Shown: piece after piece, positions 1 to 10,800 of the stretch
How the letters are laid out: every line of letters starts with the position of its first letter
Numbering within the stretch: the stretch's first letter is position 1
DNA from: Arenimonas sp.
GTDB taxonomy: Bacteria; Pseudomonadota; Gammaproteobacteria; Xanthomonadales; Xanthomonadaceae
Direction of reading: 5' to 3'
Length of the DNA stretch: 47,568 bases
NCBI GenBank assembly: GCA_043753545.1
Contig: JAYUWO010000082.1
Coordinates: forward strand, 1 to 47,568
The notes under the pieces: model-generated
The model's input: the letters and a program-made list of their open reading frames with translations, nothing else
What the model was told of the DNA's origin: nothing
Database searches by the model: none
Translations under genes and position numbers: made by a program

Positions 1-1131
1 GCCGGTTTCGAAATCTTGAAACAGCATTACGGCAAAGTTGCCGTCAGTTTCGGCGAACCGATTTTTCTCGACAGCATCCTGGACAAACATTCGCCGGAAT
101 GGCGCAAGAATCTTCCCGGTGCCGACGAAAAGCCGGCATGGCTCGGCGATGTGGTCGATGAAACCGCGCAACAAATCCAGATCAATATCAATCGCGCCGC
201 CGACGTAAACCCGGTCAATTTGCTGGCACTGTCATTGTTGTCGACACCGAAACACGCGATGGCCGAAAGTGATTTGCTGGCGCAACTGGCGCTGTCCAAA
301 AGAATCCTGGCGGCACTACCGTATTCTGACCGCGTTACCGTGACCGATTTGTCGCCGGAAGCCATCATGGCTTACGGAGAGAAAATCAACGTGCTTACCC
401 GCACCAAACATCCGCTCGGCGACGTATTGAGCATGGGTGATGAAACCGCCGTGCTGCAAAGTTATTTCCGCAACAACATCCTGCATTTGTTTGCGGCACC
501 AGCGTGGATTGCGCTGTGCTTCCAGAACAATCGCCGCATGAGCCGCGCGGGCCTGATGCGTCTGGGTAAAACGATTTATCCGTTCATGCAGGAAGAATTA
601 TTCCTGCCCTGGACCGAGGACGAATTCGCCGAACGCATTAATTTAACAGTCGATTTATTTATCAGCGAAGGCTTGTTGTCGGCCGTGCCGGACGACGAAC
701 ACGGCTATGTCTCGCGCGGCCCGGGCCAGACCGACGAAGTGTATCGACTGCGTGCAATTGCCCACAGTCTGCAACAGGCTTTCGAACGCTATTTCATCGC
801 AATCACCACGCTGGTAAAAAACGGCCCGCGTACGATTTCCACTTCCGAGCTGGAAACACTGTGCCAGTTAACCGCACAGCGTTTGTCGCTCTTGTATGCA
901 CCGGCCGCACCGGAATTTTTCGACAAATCCCTGTTCCGCAGTTTCATCCAGAAAATGCGCGAACTGAAACTGATTTGGCTCTGCCCGGATGCCAAACTCG
1001 ATTTCGACGAGCGTCTGAACACCTGGGAAAAAGACGCGAAGGTCGTGCTCGGCCGCGAATTGCGTCATACGATCAGCAAGCTGTCGCCAGAGATTGTCAG
1101 CAAGGTCACCGGAATGCCGACACGGAAATAA
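1..1131 (+). CDS. plsB: glycerol-3-phosphate 1-O-acyltransferase, 5'-truncated by window edge
   Basis: Frame is open from base 1. Motifs YGKVAVSFGEP, YFRNNILHLF and APEFFDKSLF match the PlsB C-terminal half. Confidence 0.9.
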   Translation, partial: AGFEILKQHYGKVAVSFGEPIFLDSILDKHSPEWRKNLPGADEKPAWLGDVVDETAQQIQININRAADVNPVNLLALSLLSTPKHAMAESDLLAQLALSKRILAALPYSDRVTVTDLSPEAIMAYGEKINVLTRTKHPLGDVLSMGDETAVLQSYFRNNILHLFAAPAWIALCFQNNRRMSRAGLMRLGKTIYPFMQEELFLPWTEDEFAERINLTVDLFISEGLLSAVPDDEHGYVSRGPGQTDEVYRLRAIAHSLQQAFERYFIAITTLVKNGPRTISTSELETLCQLTAQRLSLLYAPAAPEFFDKSLFRSFIQKMRELKLIWLCPDAKLDFDERLNTWEKDAKVVLGRELRHTISKLSPEIVSKVTGMPTRK

Positions 1132-1140
1132 TTTGCATCT

Positions 1141-1257
1141 GTAGGAGCCCGCTCGGCATTTCGCGCAGCGAAATACGCTGAGCTGGCGATGCACTTCGCC
1201 TCCTTCGCCAGCTCTGTGTGTATTTCGCTGCGCTCTCTACACAGAGCGGGCTCCTAC
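1141..1257. repeat. REPIN-like composite palindrome
   Basis: GTAGGAGCCCGCTC...GAGCGGGCTCCTAC inverted ends between convergent genes. A near copy is at 3428-3546. Confidence 0.85.
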
Positions 1258-1268
1258 ACAAAAGAGCG

Positions 1269-1478
1269 TCAGGCATCCAGATCCGGAATCAGTTTGTTTT
1301 CCAGATACGTCATCATGTCCTTGATGCGCAGTTTGCGTTTTTTCAAACGCTTGATCGCCAGTTCATCGGCCTGGATGCTTTGCGCCAATCGGTCGATGGC
1401 TTCGTTCAGGTCGCGATGTTCAATCCGCAATTCAATCAATTGCGCGGTCAGCTGGGCGGTGTCGGGCGGTTGTGACAT
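1269..1478 (-). CDS. YdcH/DUF465 family small coiled-coil protein
   Basis: LRIEHRDLNEAI...RLKKRKLRIKD...PDLDA pattern; start taken at MSQPP. Confidence 0.85.
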   Translation of the reverse strand: MSQPPDTAQLTAQLIELRIEHRDLNEAIDRLAQSIQADELAIKRLKKRKLRIKDMMTYLENKLIPDLDA

Positions 1479-1542
1479 ATTGCCTCGGGTGAAATGACCT
1501 CGCTGCAGCTTACACCCCCCTGCGGCCGTGTAAAATACACCG

Positions 1543-2415
1543 ATGAATTTGACTCTTCTCGACCCGCCGGTTCGCCCGAATTCGGTGAACAAGCTAAAAC
1601 TCGCCAAACGCCTGAGACATCAGGTCGGGCAGGCGATTGCCGACTTCGGCATGATCGAAGACGGCGATAAAGTCATGGTCTGCCTGTCCGGCGGCAAGGA
1701 CAGTTACACCATGCTGGATATCCTGCTAACTCTGCAGAAGAAGGCGCCGGTACGGTTCGAACTGGTGGCAGTGAACCTCGACCAAAAACAACCGGGTTTT
1801 CCCGAACATGTTTTACCGCAGTATCTGGAAAGCATCGGGGTCCCGTACAAGATTCTCGAGCAGGACACCTACTCGGTCGTCAAACGCGTGATTCCCGAAG
1901 GCAAGACGATGTGTTCGCTTTGTTCGCGCATGCGTCGCGGTGCTTTGTATAATTACGCCGAACAGGAAGGCTTTACCAAGATCGCACTCGGTCATCATCG
2001 CGACGATCTGGTGTCCACTTTTTTCCTGAATCTTTTTTTCCACGCGAAAATTTCCTCGATGCCGCCGAAGTTACTGAGTGACGATGGCAAGCATGTGGTC
2101 ATTCGCCCATTGGCAATGTGCAGCGAAAAAGACATCACCGACTACGCCGACTGGAAACAGTATCCGATTATTCCCTGCTCGCTTTGTGGCTCGCAGGAAA
2201 ACCTGCAACGCAAAATCGTCAAGCGCATGATGGCCGAATGGGAAACGCAAACACCGGGGCGCATCGATACGATTGCGAAAGCACTCGGCGATGTTCGCGC
2301 TTCGCACATGGCTGATCCGAAGCTATTTGACTTTCTCTCGCTTGGCAAACGTGACGATGCGGCGATGCCTGATAGCCATGCGTGGTTGGCCGGTGATAAT
2401 GCTGCCGAAGAATAA
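1543..2415 (+). CDS. ttcA: tRNA 2-thiocytidine(32) synthetase
   Basis: PP-loop [23 protein letters not shown] and second CSLCGSQ motif. Confidence 0.95.
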   Translation: MNLTLLDPPVRPNSVNKLKLAKRLRHQVGQAIADFGMIEDGDKVMVCLSGGKDSYTMLDILLTLQKKAPVRFELVAVNLDQKQPGFPEHVLPQYLESIGVPYKILEQDTYSVVKRVIPEGKTMCSLCSRMRRGALYNYAEQEGFTKIALGHHRDDLVSTFFLNLFFHAKISSMPPKLLSDDGKHVVIRPLAMCSEKDITDYADWKQYPIIPCSLCGSQENLQRKIVKRMMAEWETQTPGRIDTIAKALGDVRASHMADPKLFDFLSLGKRDDAAMPDSHAWLAGDNAAEE

Positions 2416-2456
2416 TTCGTTGTAATCGTTACTTTCGCAATACTGGCAACCTCTCA

Positions 2457-2478
2457 TCGCGGCTTAAGCCGCTCCCAC
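2457..2478. repeat. single REP element
   Basis: TCGCGGCTTAAGCCGCTCCCAC, a GTGG/GTAG-type REP hairpin. Confidence 0.6.
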
Positions 2479-2494
2479 ATAAAAGATAACCATA

Positions 2495-3406
2495 ATGTTC
2501 TTTCGCAATCTCACGCTTTTCCGCTTTCCCGTTACCGTCAACAAATCCCTGAAAGCCCTTGAAGAAAGACTGGCCGAAGTCGTGCTCAAACCCGTTGGCC
2601 CGCTGGACATGATGTCGCGCGGTTTCGTCTCGCCATTCGGGCGCGATGAAGCTGTGCTCTCGCACCAAGTCGGCGACTGCGTTTTATTTACGCTTGGCGG
2701 CGAAGACAAAATTCTTCCCTCTTCGGTGGTGAACGATCTGGTCAATAAAAAAATTGCCGTGATCGAGGAAAAGCAGGGACGCAAACTCGGCGGCAAAGCA
2801 CGTCGCGCACTGAAAGAAGACACCGTGCACGAATTACTGCCGCGTGCCTTTGTTCGCAGTACGCGACTGAATGCCTATATCGATATGGAACACGGCTTTG
2901 TCGCGATCGATTCATCGTCACGCAAATCGGCCGAACATCTGGTCTCGGAATTGCGCCACGCACTCGGTTCTTTTCCCGCGATCCCGCTGAATGCCGAAAC
3001 CAGTCCGCGTACCGTGATGACCGGCTGGATCAGCGGCGAGAAATTGCCGAAAGGACTTGAGCTGGGCGAAGAATGCGAACTGAAAGACGGCGATGAACGC
3101 GGCGCAATCGTGAAATGCCAGCGTCAGGAACTGGAAACCGATGAAATCAAGAAGCATCTGGAATCCGGCAAACAGGTGAGCCGATTAGGCTTGATTCTCG
3201 ATGCCCATGTCAGCTTCGTGCTCGGCGAAGACCTCGTGATTCGCAAACTCAAATTTCTCGATGGTGCGGTCGAAACACTGGAAAGCACCGACCAAGAAGA
3301 CCAATCTGCCGAACTCGACGCACGTTTTGCCCTGATGTCGGCCGAGATCAAGCGCCTGTTCGAAGTAATGGAAAAGAACCTGAAGCTCAGCAAAGCCGAA
3401 GCCTGA
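2495..3406 (+). CDS. rdgC: recombination-associated protein RdgC
   Basis: MFFRNLTLFRF start, EDKILPSSVV, LLPRAF, C-terminal LDARFALM; 303 aa. Confidence 0.95.
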   Translation: MFFRNLTLFRFPVTVNKSLKALEERLAEVVLKPVGPLDMMSRGFVSPFGRDEAVLSHQVGDCVLFTLGGEDKILPSSVVNDLVNKKIAVIEEKQGRKLGGKARRALKEDTVHELLPRAFVRSTRLNAYIDMEHGFVAIDSSSRKSAEHLVSELRHALGSFPAIPLNAETSPRTVMTGWISGEKLPKGLELGEECELKDGDERGAIVKCQRQELETDEIKKHLESGKQVSRLGLILDAHVSFVLGEDLVIRKLKFLDGAVETLESTDQEDQSAELDARFALMSAEIKRLFEVMEKNLKLSKAEA

Positions 3407-3427
3407 GTTTTTCATGACTAGCGTTTC

Positions 3428-3546
3428 GTAGGAGCCCGCTCAAGCATTGAGCAAAGCGAAATGCACTTGAGCTGGCGATTAACTCCGCGCTGGTCGCCAG
3501 CTCTGTATGTACTTCGCTTCGCGAATTACACAGAGCGGGCTCCTAC
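3428..3546. repeat. REPIN-like composite palindrome, second copy
   Basis: Same ends and architecture as 1141-1257. Confidence 0.85.
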
Positions 3547-3611
3547 GAACGTCGGAAGGATGTGCGTCTGACATTCATTTGCAAGCGGACATTTCCCGCT
3601 AAACTAGGTGC

Positions 3612-4388
3612 ATGTTTTCCTTTCTGAAGCCCGACAAACCCGTCAGTAGCATCGAGCTCTGGCCTGTGGTGTTGACGTCCGGCGAAGTAATAGAAATACG
3701 CTGTGTGCATGATGCACGCGCGCGCCGACTGCGGCTTATCGTCAATGAAAAGGGTGTTCGCCTGACGGTGCCAAAACGCTGTTCCGATCGTCTGGCAAAA
3801 CAATTTCTTGCAGACAATACCGAATGGCTGGAATTGCAGTGGTTCAAGCGTCCGCAAGCTTCCTGTCAGAACGAACTACGATTGCACGAAGACACCGAAA
3901 TCCTGCTGCGAGGCCAGCGCCATGCCGTCCAATGGTGCGAATCAAAATTCGCCCAGGTCAGTTTGCTGGACGACACGGTCCATATCGCATTGCCCGCCAA
4001 AGCCGGGCTGACACATACCAAACGCGCACTGAAAGAATTTTATTTGCAGGAAGCACGCAAGGACATCGGTCTCTGGCTGCCGAAATATTTGCCGGCATTT
4101 CCCACTGCACCACTCGCGATTAAAGTGCGTGCGCTTTCTTCGTTGTGGGGCTCTTTAAGTCCGGGCGATGGGCTGTTGCTGGATTTATCTTTGGTGCTCG
4201 GCAAGGCATCGGCGTTTGAATATGTGCTGGTACACGAGCTTTGCCATTTGGTGCATCGAAACCATTCCCGCAACTTCTGGCGCGAAGTGGAAAAACATTT
4301 CCCGGATTGGCGCGACGAGCGCCGCTATCTGCATAGCGACGGCTTGATGTTGAAAGCGGAATTGATTCGCCTGACCAAATCAGGCTAG
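3612..4388 (+). CDS. YgjP/DUF45-like zinc metallopeptidase-fold protein
   Basis: WGSLS...YVLVHELCHLVHRNHSRNFW (HExxH motif). Confidence 0.85.
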   Translation: MFSFLKPDKPVSSIELWPVVLTSGEVIEIRCVHDARARRLRLIVNEKGVRLTVPKRCSDRLAKQFLADNTEWLELQWFKRPQASCQNELRLHEDTEILLRGQRHAVQWCESKFAQVSLLDDTVHIALPAKAGLTHTKRALKEFYLQEARKDIGLWLPKYLPAFPTAPLAIKVRALSSLWGSLSPGDGLLLDLSLVLGKASAFEYVLVHELCHLVHRNHSRNFWREVEKHFPDWRDERRYLHSDGLMLKAELIRLTKSG

Positions 4389-4392
4389 ATCT

Positions 4393-5076
4393 TCATTCGC
4401 ACTTTGCTTGTCGGGCGTTGTAAACCAGCACCCCGTAGCCGATCAGCAATACCGGCAAAAGCAGTGTTGAAAATAGCGACATCAACAGCACGATAAAATA
4501 CGACTGGTCGTTGCCCGACTGGGTATCCGGATCATTACCCGCCATAATGTTGAACACGACATGTTCCAGATTCAACCAGCTTAATGCCACGATGATCAAT
4601 GCAATGGGCAACAAGGTGGCGATTGCGACCGTCATCGGCGGTAATTTCGCGACACGCTTCAGGAATACCACCAAAAGCGCGACGCGCCAGGAAGCGACAA
4701 TCGCCAGAAACCAGGCATTGACGGATTGCGCGGCATCCAGCGACATGAAACGTTCTACCGGAATGGCATATAGCAAGGCCGGTAACGAACACAGCGATAC
4801 AAACACCAGCACATTGCGATACTGCCAATGCCGTGGTTTCAATGGATAAAACAAAAGCCAGAGCAAGCCAGATAAAAACAGAATATAGGCCAGCGAGCCC
4901 AGGCCAAGATACTGGAATAAATACGCTTTCGGATTATCCCAGTAACGACCGATACCCGCGAGCCAGGTAATCACGACGCCAAACGCAAGATACCGTTTCC
5001 AGTGTGTCGAAATTTGCCGACTCGGCTCCCGAAAAAACAGGAAGCGGAATTGATCGATAAGGATTTGTTTCAGCAC
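4393..5076 (-). CDS. hypothetical integral membrane protein
   Basis: 227-aa ORF with several hydrophobic segments. Confidence 0.7.
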   Translation of the reverse strand: MLKQILIDQFRFLFFREPSRQISTHWKRYLAFGVVITWLAGIGRYWDNPKAYLFQYLGLGSLAYILFLSGLLWLLFYPLKPRHWQYRNVLVFVSLCSLPALLYAIPVERFMSLDAAQSVNAWFLAIVASWRVALLVVFLKRVAKLPPMTVAIATLLPIALIIVALSWLNLEHVVFNIMAGNDPDTQSGNDQSYFIVLLMSLFSTLLLPVLLIGYGVLVYNARQAKCE

Positions 5077-5586
5077 TCAAACATTCCGTAGTTTCGCAGG
5101 AAGGCTCACTGCTCCTGCGGCATAGCTTATCCCCATCGCAAGACAAAGAATGGATGTGACGACAATAAACGTATCGACCGACTGGCAATCACAGATGCGC
5201 GCAAGCGAATCGGGCCGCCACATAATCATTGGTATGAACAAGGCGCCACGAGAAATCAGGACAACCCCGATTATCGCCAGCATGGGTCGCAATAATGGCA
5301 ATCTCCGAATCACATTCGCGCCGGAAAATGCAAACGCGGCCAGAATAAAAAGGAAGGTCGCGATAATTAGACAACTGATCGCTGCACGCGGATGCCCGAT
5401 GCGGGCAAGTTCCACCAGGCCGGAGGGCGCGCCGAAGAAGGCATACCACTCCGGGCCGCCGAACATGATCGCGATATGCAGCAATGCACCGGCGATGGCG
5501 ACAAGGCCTGTCCAGAACATGTGTTTGTTGACGAATGACCGCATGCTTTGTCCTGTGTTGATGAATGCCGATTCTGGCTTCGACAT
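5077..5586 (-). CDS. hypothetical membrane protein
   Basis: About four TM segments and a GGPEWYAFFGAP motif; abuts the next gene. Start may be a later ATG. Confidence 0.7.
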   Translation of the reverse strand: MSKPESAFINTGQSMRSFVNKHMFWTGLVAIAGALLHIAIMFGGPEWYAFFGAPSGLVELARIGHPRAAISCLIIATFLFILAAFAFSGANVIRRLPLLRPMLAIIGVVLISRGALFIPMIMWRPDSLARICDCQSVDTFIVVTSILCLAMGISYAAGAVSLPAKLRNV

Positions 5587-5604
5587 TCATTTTCGAACAA
5601 AGGT

Positions 5605-7812
5605 TCAGCGATTTCTACCCAGCTCGAGGAAGAAATTTCCCTCGCCACTTTCCCGTGCCCCGTAGCCAATTAAAAAACGTCCGAGCCAGGAATCAAAACC
5701 AAAATAGCCGCTGGCATGCAACTCCTGTCGATGCGGCGAACCGTCGCTCCATAGATCGGCGTATTCAAGCGTACCGCCGACAATCGCCGGACGATTCAGT
5801 AGCCGCCCCAACTCGTAGGTATAGCCGATAAATGCGAGGGCATAGTTCGAAGTAAACAATTCATTCGGACGATACCCCGGCAAGCGTGTCACTCCGCCGA
5901 GTCGATATTGATTCTGCAACAGGGAACTACCCGAAATCGTATCGTGATAACGCAGACCGCCATAGGCAGAATGCGCGCCAATGGCATGGGCGTAAATCGC
6001 ATCCAAATTGAGCTGATTGAAATTACTATCCGAGCCCAAGGTTTGGCGTCCCAGGGTTTGGCCGAAGGACACGAACAGGCCTTTGCGAGGAAGTTGAAAG
6101 CTGTCGAGTCGATCGAAAGTCAAATTCCAATAGACTTCGCCGATGTCAAAATCGTCGACGCCAACGCTTGCCGTGCCGATTAACAGATTGACGTCGCCAC
6201 TGCGTTGGCGAACACCGACAGTGGCAGCACCGAAATTGCCAAATTCGCGGCCGGTATAAGCATCATATCCCCAGCTAGGCAGTTCGTATTGAGCGATGCG
6301 ATTGCCTTGAGCGTCGAAATAATTGAGTTGCGGATTTTCGAAGCCCACTTTGAGTCCGAAAAAGTAACGCCCTTTGACATCCAGTGGCTGGAAATACTCG
6401 GCGAACAATGCCGGCTCGCTGCCAAACTGTCCCAGCAGTCTCACTTCGCCACCCAGTGAATTGATCGGATTGCTCAGAATGCCGGCACGGATATTGAATA
6501 CAAAATCACCGCGAAAATCGGAATAGGTATTCAGACCGGTTTCCAGATAATGGGGGCCGTAACTCTGCGGTTTTACATCGATCACCAAACCGCTTTTGCC
6601 ATCCTCCTCGACCATGTCGTAGGTCACTGTATCGAGCGTCCCCATGCCATAAATTCGGCGGATGGCTGCCTCCACCGTGTCCACGTTGAAGCGCTGGCCG
6701 GTGGGTATATCCAATCGTGCCAAAAGCACTTCGTCCGAATAGCGGGTTGAATTATTCAAACGGACAAATTCCATCATAGGTTTTTCGCGTTCATATTTTT
6801 CGGCAACGGCAACGCGTTTTTCATCACTTTTGTCGACACCCGGCTTTATCAGTCTGTCTAATTGCGGACCGACGTCCTGCATGGCCTGGTGGCCGATTTC
6901 CAGCGCCAGTTTTACCTTGAGAAATTCTCCCGTGCGCACCTTTTCACCGAGAGCCGGCTGAATCAAGACATCGTTCGGCCCGAGGCTTTCAATCGATTTT
7001 TTAGTATTGCTGACCGTCATCAAACTGCCCAGTTGGTCGGCGAAAACGAGAATCGATGCATTCTCGTCCAGCGATGCCAGCGGCGTACCGACATCGACCA
7101 CGATCACGATATCGGCGCCCATGCCGCGTGCAACATCCACTGGCACTTGATTAACGATGCCGCCATCGACCAGAAGCTGATCGCCGATTTTTACCGGCCG
7201 CAATACGCCGGGAATCGACATGCTGGCCCGCATCGCAATCGAGAGATTGCCGCTTCTCAGCACGGCCGCTTCGCCGGTATTGATATCGGTGGCGACGGCG
7301 CGAAACGGAATCACCAGCTGGTCGAAATTTCCAGTACGCGAGGCTTCGTTCGACAGCCGCTCCAGCAGCAACATGATGGTCTCGCCGGCCAGCAAACCCG
7401 AGGTAATCTTGATGCCGGATTTATCGATGCCGGGTTTTGCACTCAGCAGGCTCAAATCATCATCACGTTTACGGCGAAAGCTGCGTTCAGGACGCTCGAG
7501 TGAATCGTCGAAGGTGCCGGCCCAATCAAGTTCCACCACCATTTTTTCAATCTCTTCAATCGACATGCCGGAGGCATACAGGCCGCCAATCAAGGCGCCC
7601 ATACTGGTGCCGGCAATACAGTCAATTGGAATATGCCTGCGCTCCAGCTCCTTGATCACGCTGACATGGGCAAAACCACGTGCACCGCCGCCGCCAAGCA
7701 CAAGTCCGATCCTGGGTCGCTTGTTTTGCGGGTCGGTTTTTCGACACGCCTGGGTGTCGGCAAGCACGATCGAAGGCATCATCGCGAGCAGCATCAATAG
7801 CCAAAGTTTCAT
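5605..7812 (-). CDS. patatin-like phospholipase with POTRA and beta-barrel (PlpD-like)
   Basis: Signal peptide, GGGGARG, GTSMG and DGG patatin motifs, and an Omp85-like C-terminus. Confidence 0.9.
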   Translation of the reverse strand: MKLWLLMLLAMMPSIVLADTQACRKTDPQNKRPRIGLVLGGGGARGFAHVSVIKELERRHIPIDCIAGTSMGALIGGLYASGMSIEEIEKMVVELDWAGTFDDSLERPERSFRRKRDDDLSLLSAKPGIDKSGIKITSGLLAGETIMLLLERLSNEASRTGNFDQLVIPFRAVATDINTGEAAVLRSGNLSIAMRASMSIPGVLRPVKIGDQLLVDGGIVNQVPVDVARGMGADIVIVVDVGTPLASLDENASILVFADQLGSLMTVSNTKKSIESLGPNDVLIQPALGEKVRTGEFLKVKLALEIGHQAMQDVGPQLDRLIKPGVDKSDEKRVAVAEKYEREKPMMEFVRLNNSTRYSDEVLLARLDIPTGQRFNVDTVEAAIRRIYGMGTLDTVTYDMVEEDGKSGLVIDVKPQSYGPHYLETGLNTYSDFRGDFVFNIRAGILSNPINSLGGEVRLLGQFGSEPALFAEYFQPLDVKGRYFFGLKVGFENPQLNYFDAQGNRIAQYELPSWGYDAYTGREFGNFGAATVGVRQRSGDVNLLIGTASVGVDDFDIGEVYWNLTFDRLDSFQLPRKGLFVSFGQTLGRQTLGSDSNFNQLNLDAIYAHAIGAHSAYGGLRYHDTISGSSLLQNQYRLGGVTRLPGYRPNELFTSNYALAFIGYTYELGRLLNRPAIVGGTLEYADLWSDGSPHRQELHASGYFGFDSWLGRFLIGYGARESGEGNFFLELGRNR

Positions 7813-7831
7813 TTCAATTCCCGTGTTACTT

Positions 7832-10800
7832 TCATTTTTCTTTGCGCCAATTCAGCGACGCCGCCGTTTCCTTGCCAGATTCGATACTGACGTCGAAACC
7901 GCGACGGATTAAATACTTCAAGGTCATTACCTGCCCCGTGCCCAAAAGCGAAACACCATAGCTCACGAACAAGCGCGGAGATATTTTTTTACCGACCGAA
8001 AATACCGCACCACCGAGTGCGCGTGATTCAGTAATGCCGATTTCATCGAGCCCGATTTTTACGCCCAGTTGCTGTGCCAAAATATTGCCGCCGGCACTGA
8101 GCGCCAAGGCTGCTGCATCGAGTCGCTGGTTGTCACTGCCGCTAGCCGTATTCAAGGGGCGGCCCAAGACCAGCCAGGACAGGGCTTCGGAAGCTTCCAT
8201 CGCCGGTGATGAAGTGATCGTGGTCTGTGGCGAACGCGCCGTGCCGCGCACGCGAATACCGACGCTCACATCTTCGAAATTGCGTTCCGCGACAATATCC
8301 AGCACCGGATTATTGATCGACGAATTGGCATAGATGAGGCGACTGCGTTGAATCGTCAATGCCTGACCATAGGCCGTGTAACGACCAATCGCCTCGATAG
8401 TGCCGGTGGCAAGCGCAGGTCTTCCTGGCTGGTCCAGAATTTGCAAACTGCCGACCAGTTTGCCATCCAGACCAAAGCCCTTGAGTTGCACATCCTTACC
8501 CAACTCCAATGTGAGATTGCTCTCGACCAGAAAGCCGCCGGTTTCCGGCGCTTCGCGCGGGTCGAGTACCACCACATCGGAAGACACCGACACACTTTGA
8601 TCGAGTTTTTCCAGATCAATCCTGGCACTCGGCACAATCACGGTGCCGGTCATTTTCAGCAAGCCATCTTGATACACAAGATTCAGATCCGGGCTCATGT
8701 CGGCGCGCAAGTCCGGCGTATTCGCGACCGTAATATTTTCGCCCTTCAGCGTGACCTTCAGCGGACTGTTTTTATCGGACAGATCCAGCGAGCCATTGAT
8801 CTGCAATTTTCCCTTGCCCGAACTCAGCACGCCATTCAAGCGCGCCTGGCCATTGGGTTCGCCACGCAGTGTGATATCGCCTTCGGTTATTTTGATACCC
8901 AGACCCGGCAGCTCTGCGGAAAATTGATTCAAGCGAGCATCACCGCTGATATTGGGCACCGCGCGAGTACCGCTGAAGAGCAGTAGGCCTTCTAGTTTGC
9001 CTTGCGGACCGGCAAGATCGGGCGACATCAATTCCAGCCAGGTCAATTGCTGCACATTGAGCGACAACTTGCCTTTTACTGGCGCAAATTCGTTGAGACC
9101 GGTTTGCAGTTCGCCACTGACCGAACCGGCTTCCGGCAGCAGGGCGCTCAGGCGCATGTCGATGCGCTCGCCGATCAATTTGATGTCGAAATTTAGATTG
9201 CTATAGCTGATCACGTCGCGCGTCACGCTCGTGTTCAAACGCAAGCCGCCAGCCGCAGAACGCAGTGTGATATCGCCATTCCATGCACCGGCTTTCCCGC
9301 GGACAAAATCACCTTCCAGATTCACCACGCCATACGGCCGATAATTCTGATCCGGCATTTTTTCGCTTATCCACGGATCAAGCAGGGACAGTGGCAATTC
9401 GCGGCCTTCGATACGACCGGCATTGCCATTCGCATTGGCGCATAGCTGCGCACTACTGCCGGTGCGTAGACAGGTTTTATCCAGACGGATACTGCCATTG
9501 GCAATCTGGTAATTCGCCGGAGCCTGCAGAGTCCAGGCTTCACCAAGACGCGGTGAAAATTGAAACGACTGCAATTTGCCTTTCCAGTTTTGATTGGCAC
9601 CTGCGGCACTGATATCGATTTTTATTTTTCCGTAATCCATCGCGGCATTGGCCTGCGCGCGCAGATTATTCATATTGCCGCTGAGTTGCGCGTCAATCTC
9701 CTGCAATGCCTGACCGCTGATACTGATTTCACTGGCTCGAACATACATCTGGCCGGTATTGCCGCTACCCGGCAAATCACCTTTTGCCGAAAGCTGGCCG
9801 ATGCTGTCTTTCCCCCAACGCAACTGGCTACCCGTCAAGTTCACCCGGTAATCGGGCGAATTGCCGGCACCGCCAATATTGAGCGAGCCCTGCAATTGGC
9901 CGCCACCGCTTGGAGAAAGATCGGCGAGATTCAGCGGCGAAAAATCGGCCGCAATATCGTAACGCTCACCGAAACGGCCACTCGCTTTTACCCGACTGGC
10001 GCCGATGGCCAGCGACAATTTTCCATCACCGTTTCTTCCGTCCCACTTTGCCTGTGCTGCGCCGGCCAATGGGCGATCACGCAATCTTCCGGAAACATTT
10101 CTCAGTGTGGCTTCGCCGATCCAGAGCGCATCGGCATTTTGTCGTGCCTTCGCGTCGATCAGGCCATTCACGGCACCGGGAAAATCCGGAAAGAAATAGG
10201 CCGGATTGAATTGATTCATGCTGGCCTGCAGCTCGGCACCGAGACCGGGCTCCCAGTAAAGCTTGCCTTTGCCTTCGAGCTTTCCTGTCGGCGTGACGGC
10301 ACTCAGGGTATCGAGCAGGAGCTGCTTATCATCGCCGCGGCCCGACAAGCTGATGTTCGCCTTGTCATTGGCTCGCAGAAGCACTGCATCGCCCTTGATC
10401 GTCCAGTCCGAAAATTTGCCGACCAGTTTCATCTGCGCACTGCCGTTGACGGCGATGTTCTTTGAAGTTGCGTCGTCCGGCACGAATTGAATCTGTTTTG
10501 AACTCACCAATACATCGAACACCGGATCTTTATCGATGAATTCCGCCTTGCCTTCGACGCGCACCAATCCGGCATCAACACGAATCAATAATGGTTTGAA
10601 TTGCAGCACGCCGGCATCAATCGATACCAGCGATGGCTCGATTTGCATCCCTATTTCGCCACGTTTGAAATGGCCGCTCAAGTTGGCATTGCCCTCGATG
10701 CCCTTGCCGCTTAGTGAAAATGCATAAGGCTGATCCGGTGTCAGGCCGAAATGCTCGAGCAATAATTGATCGCTCGTGGTGTTGAACGACCAATGCGGTT

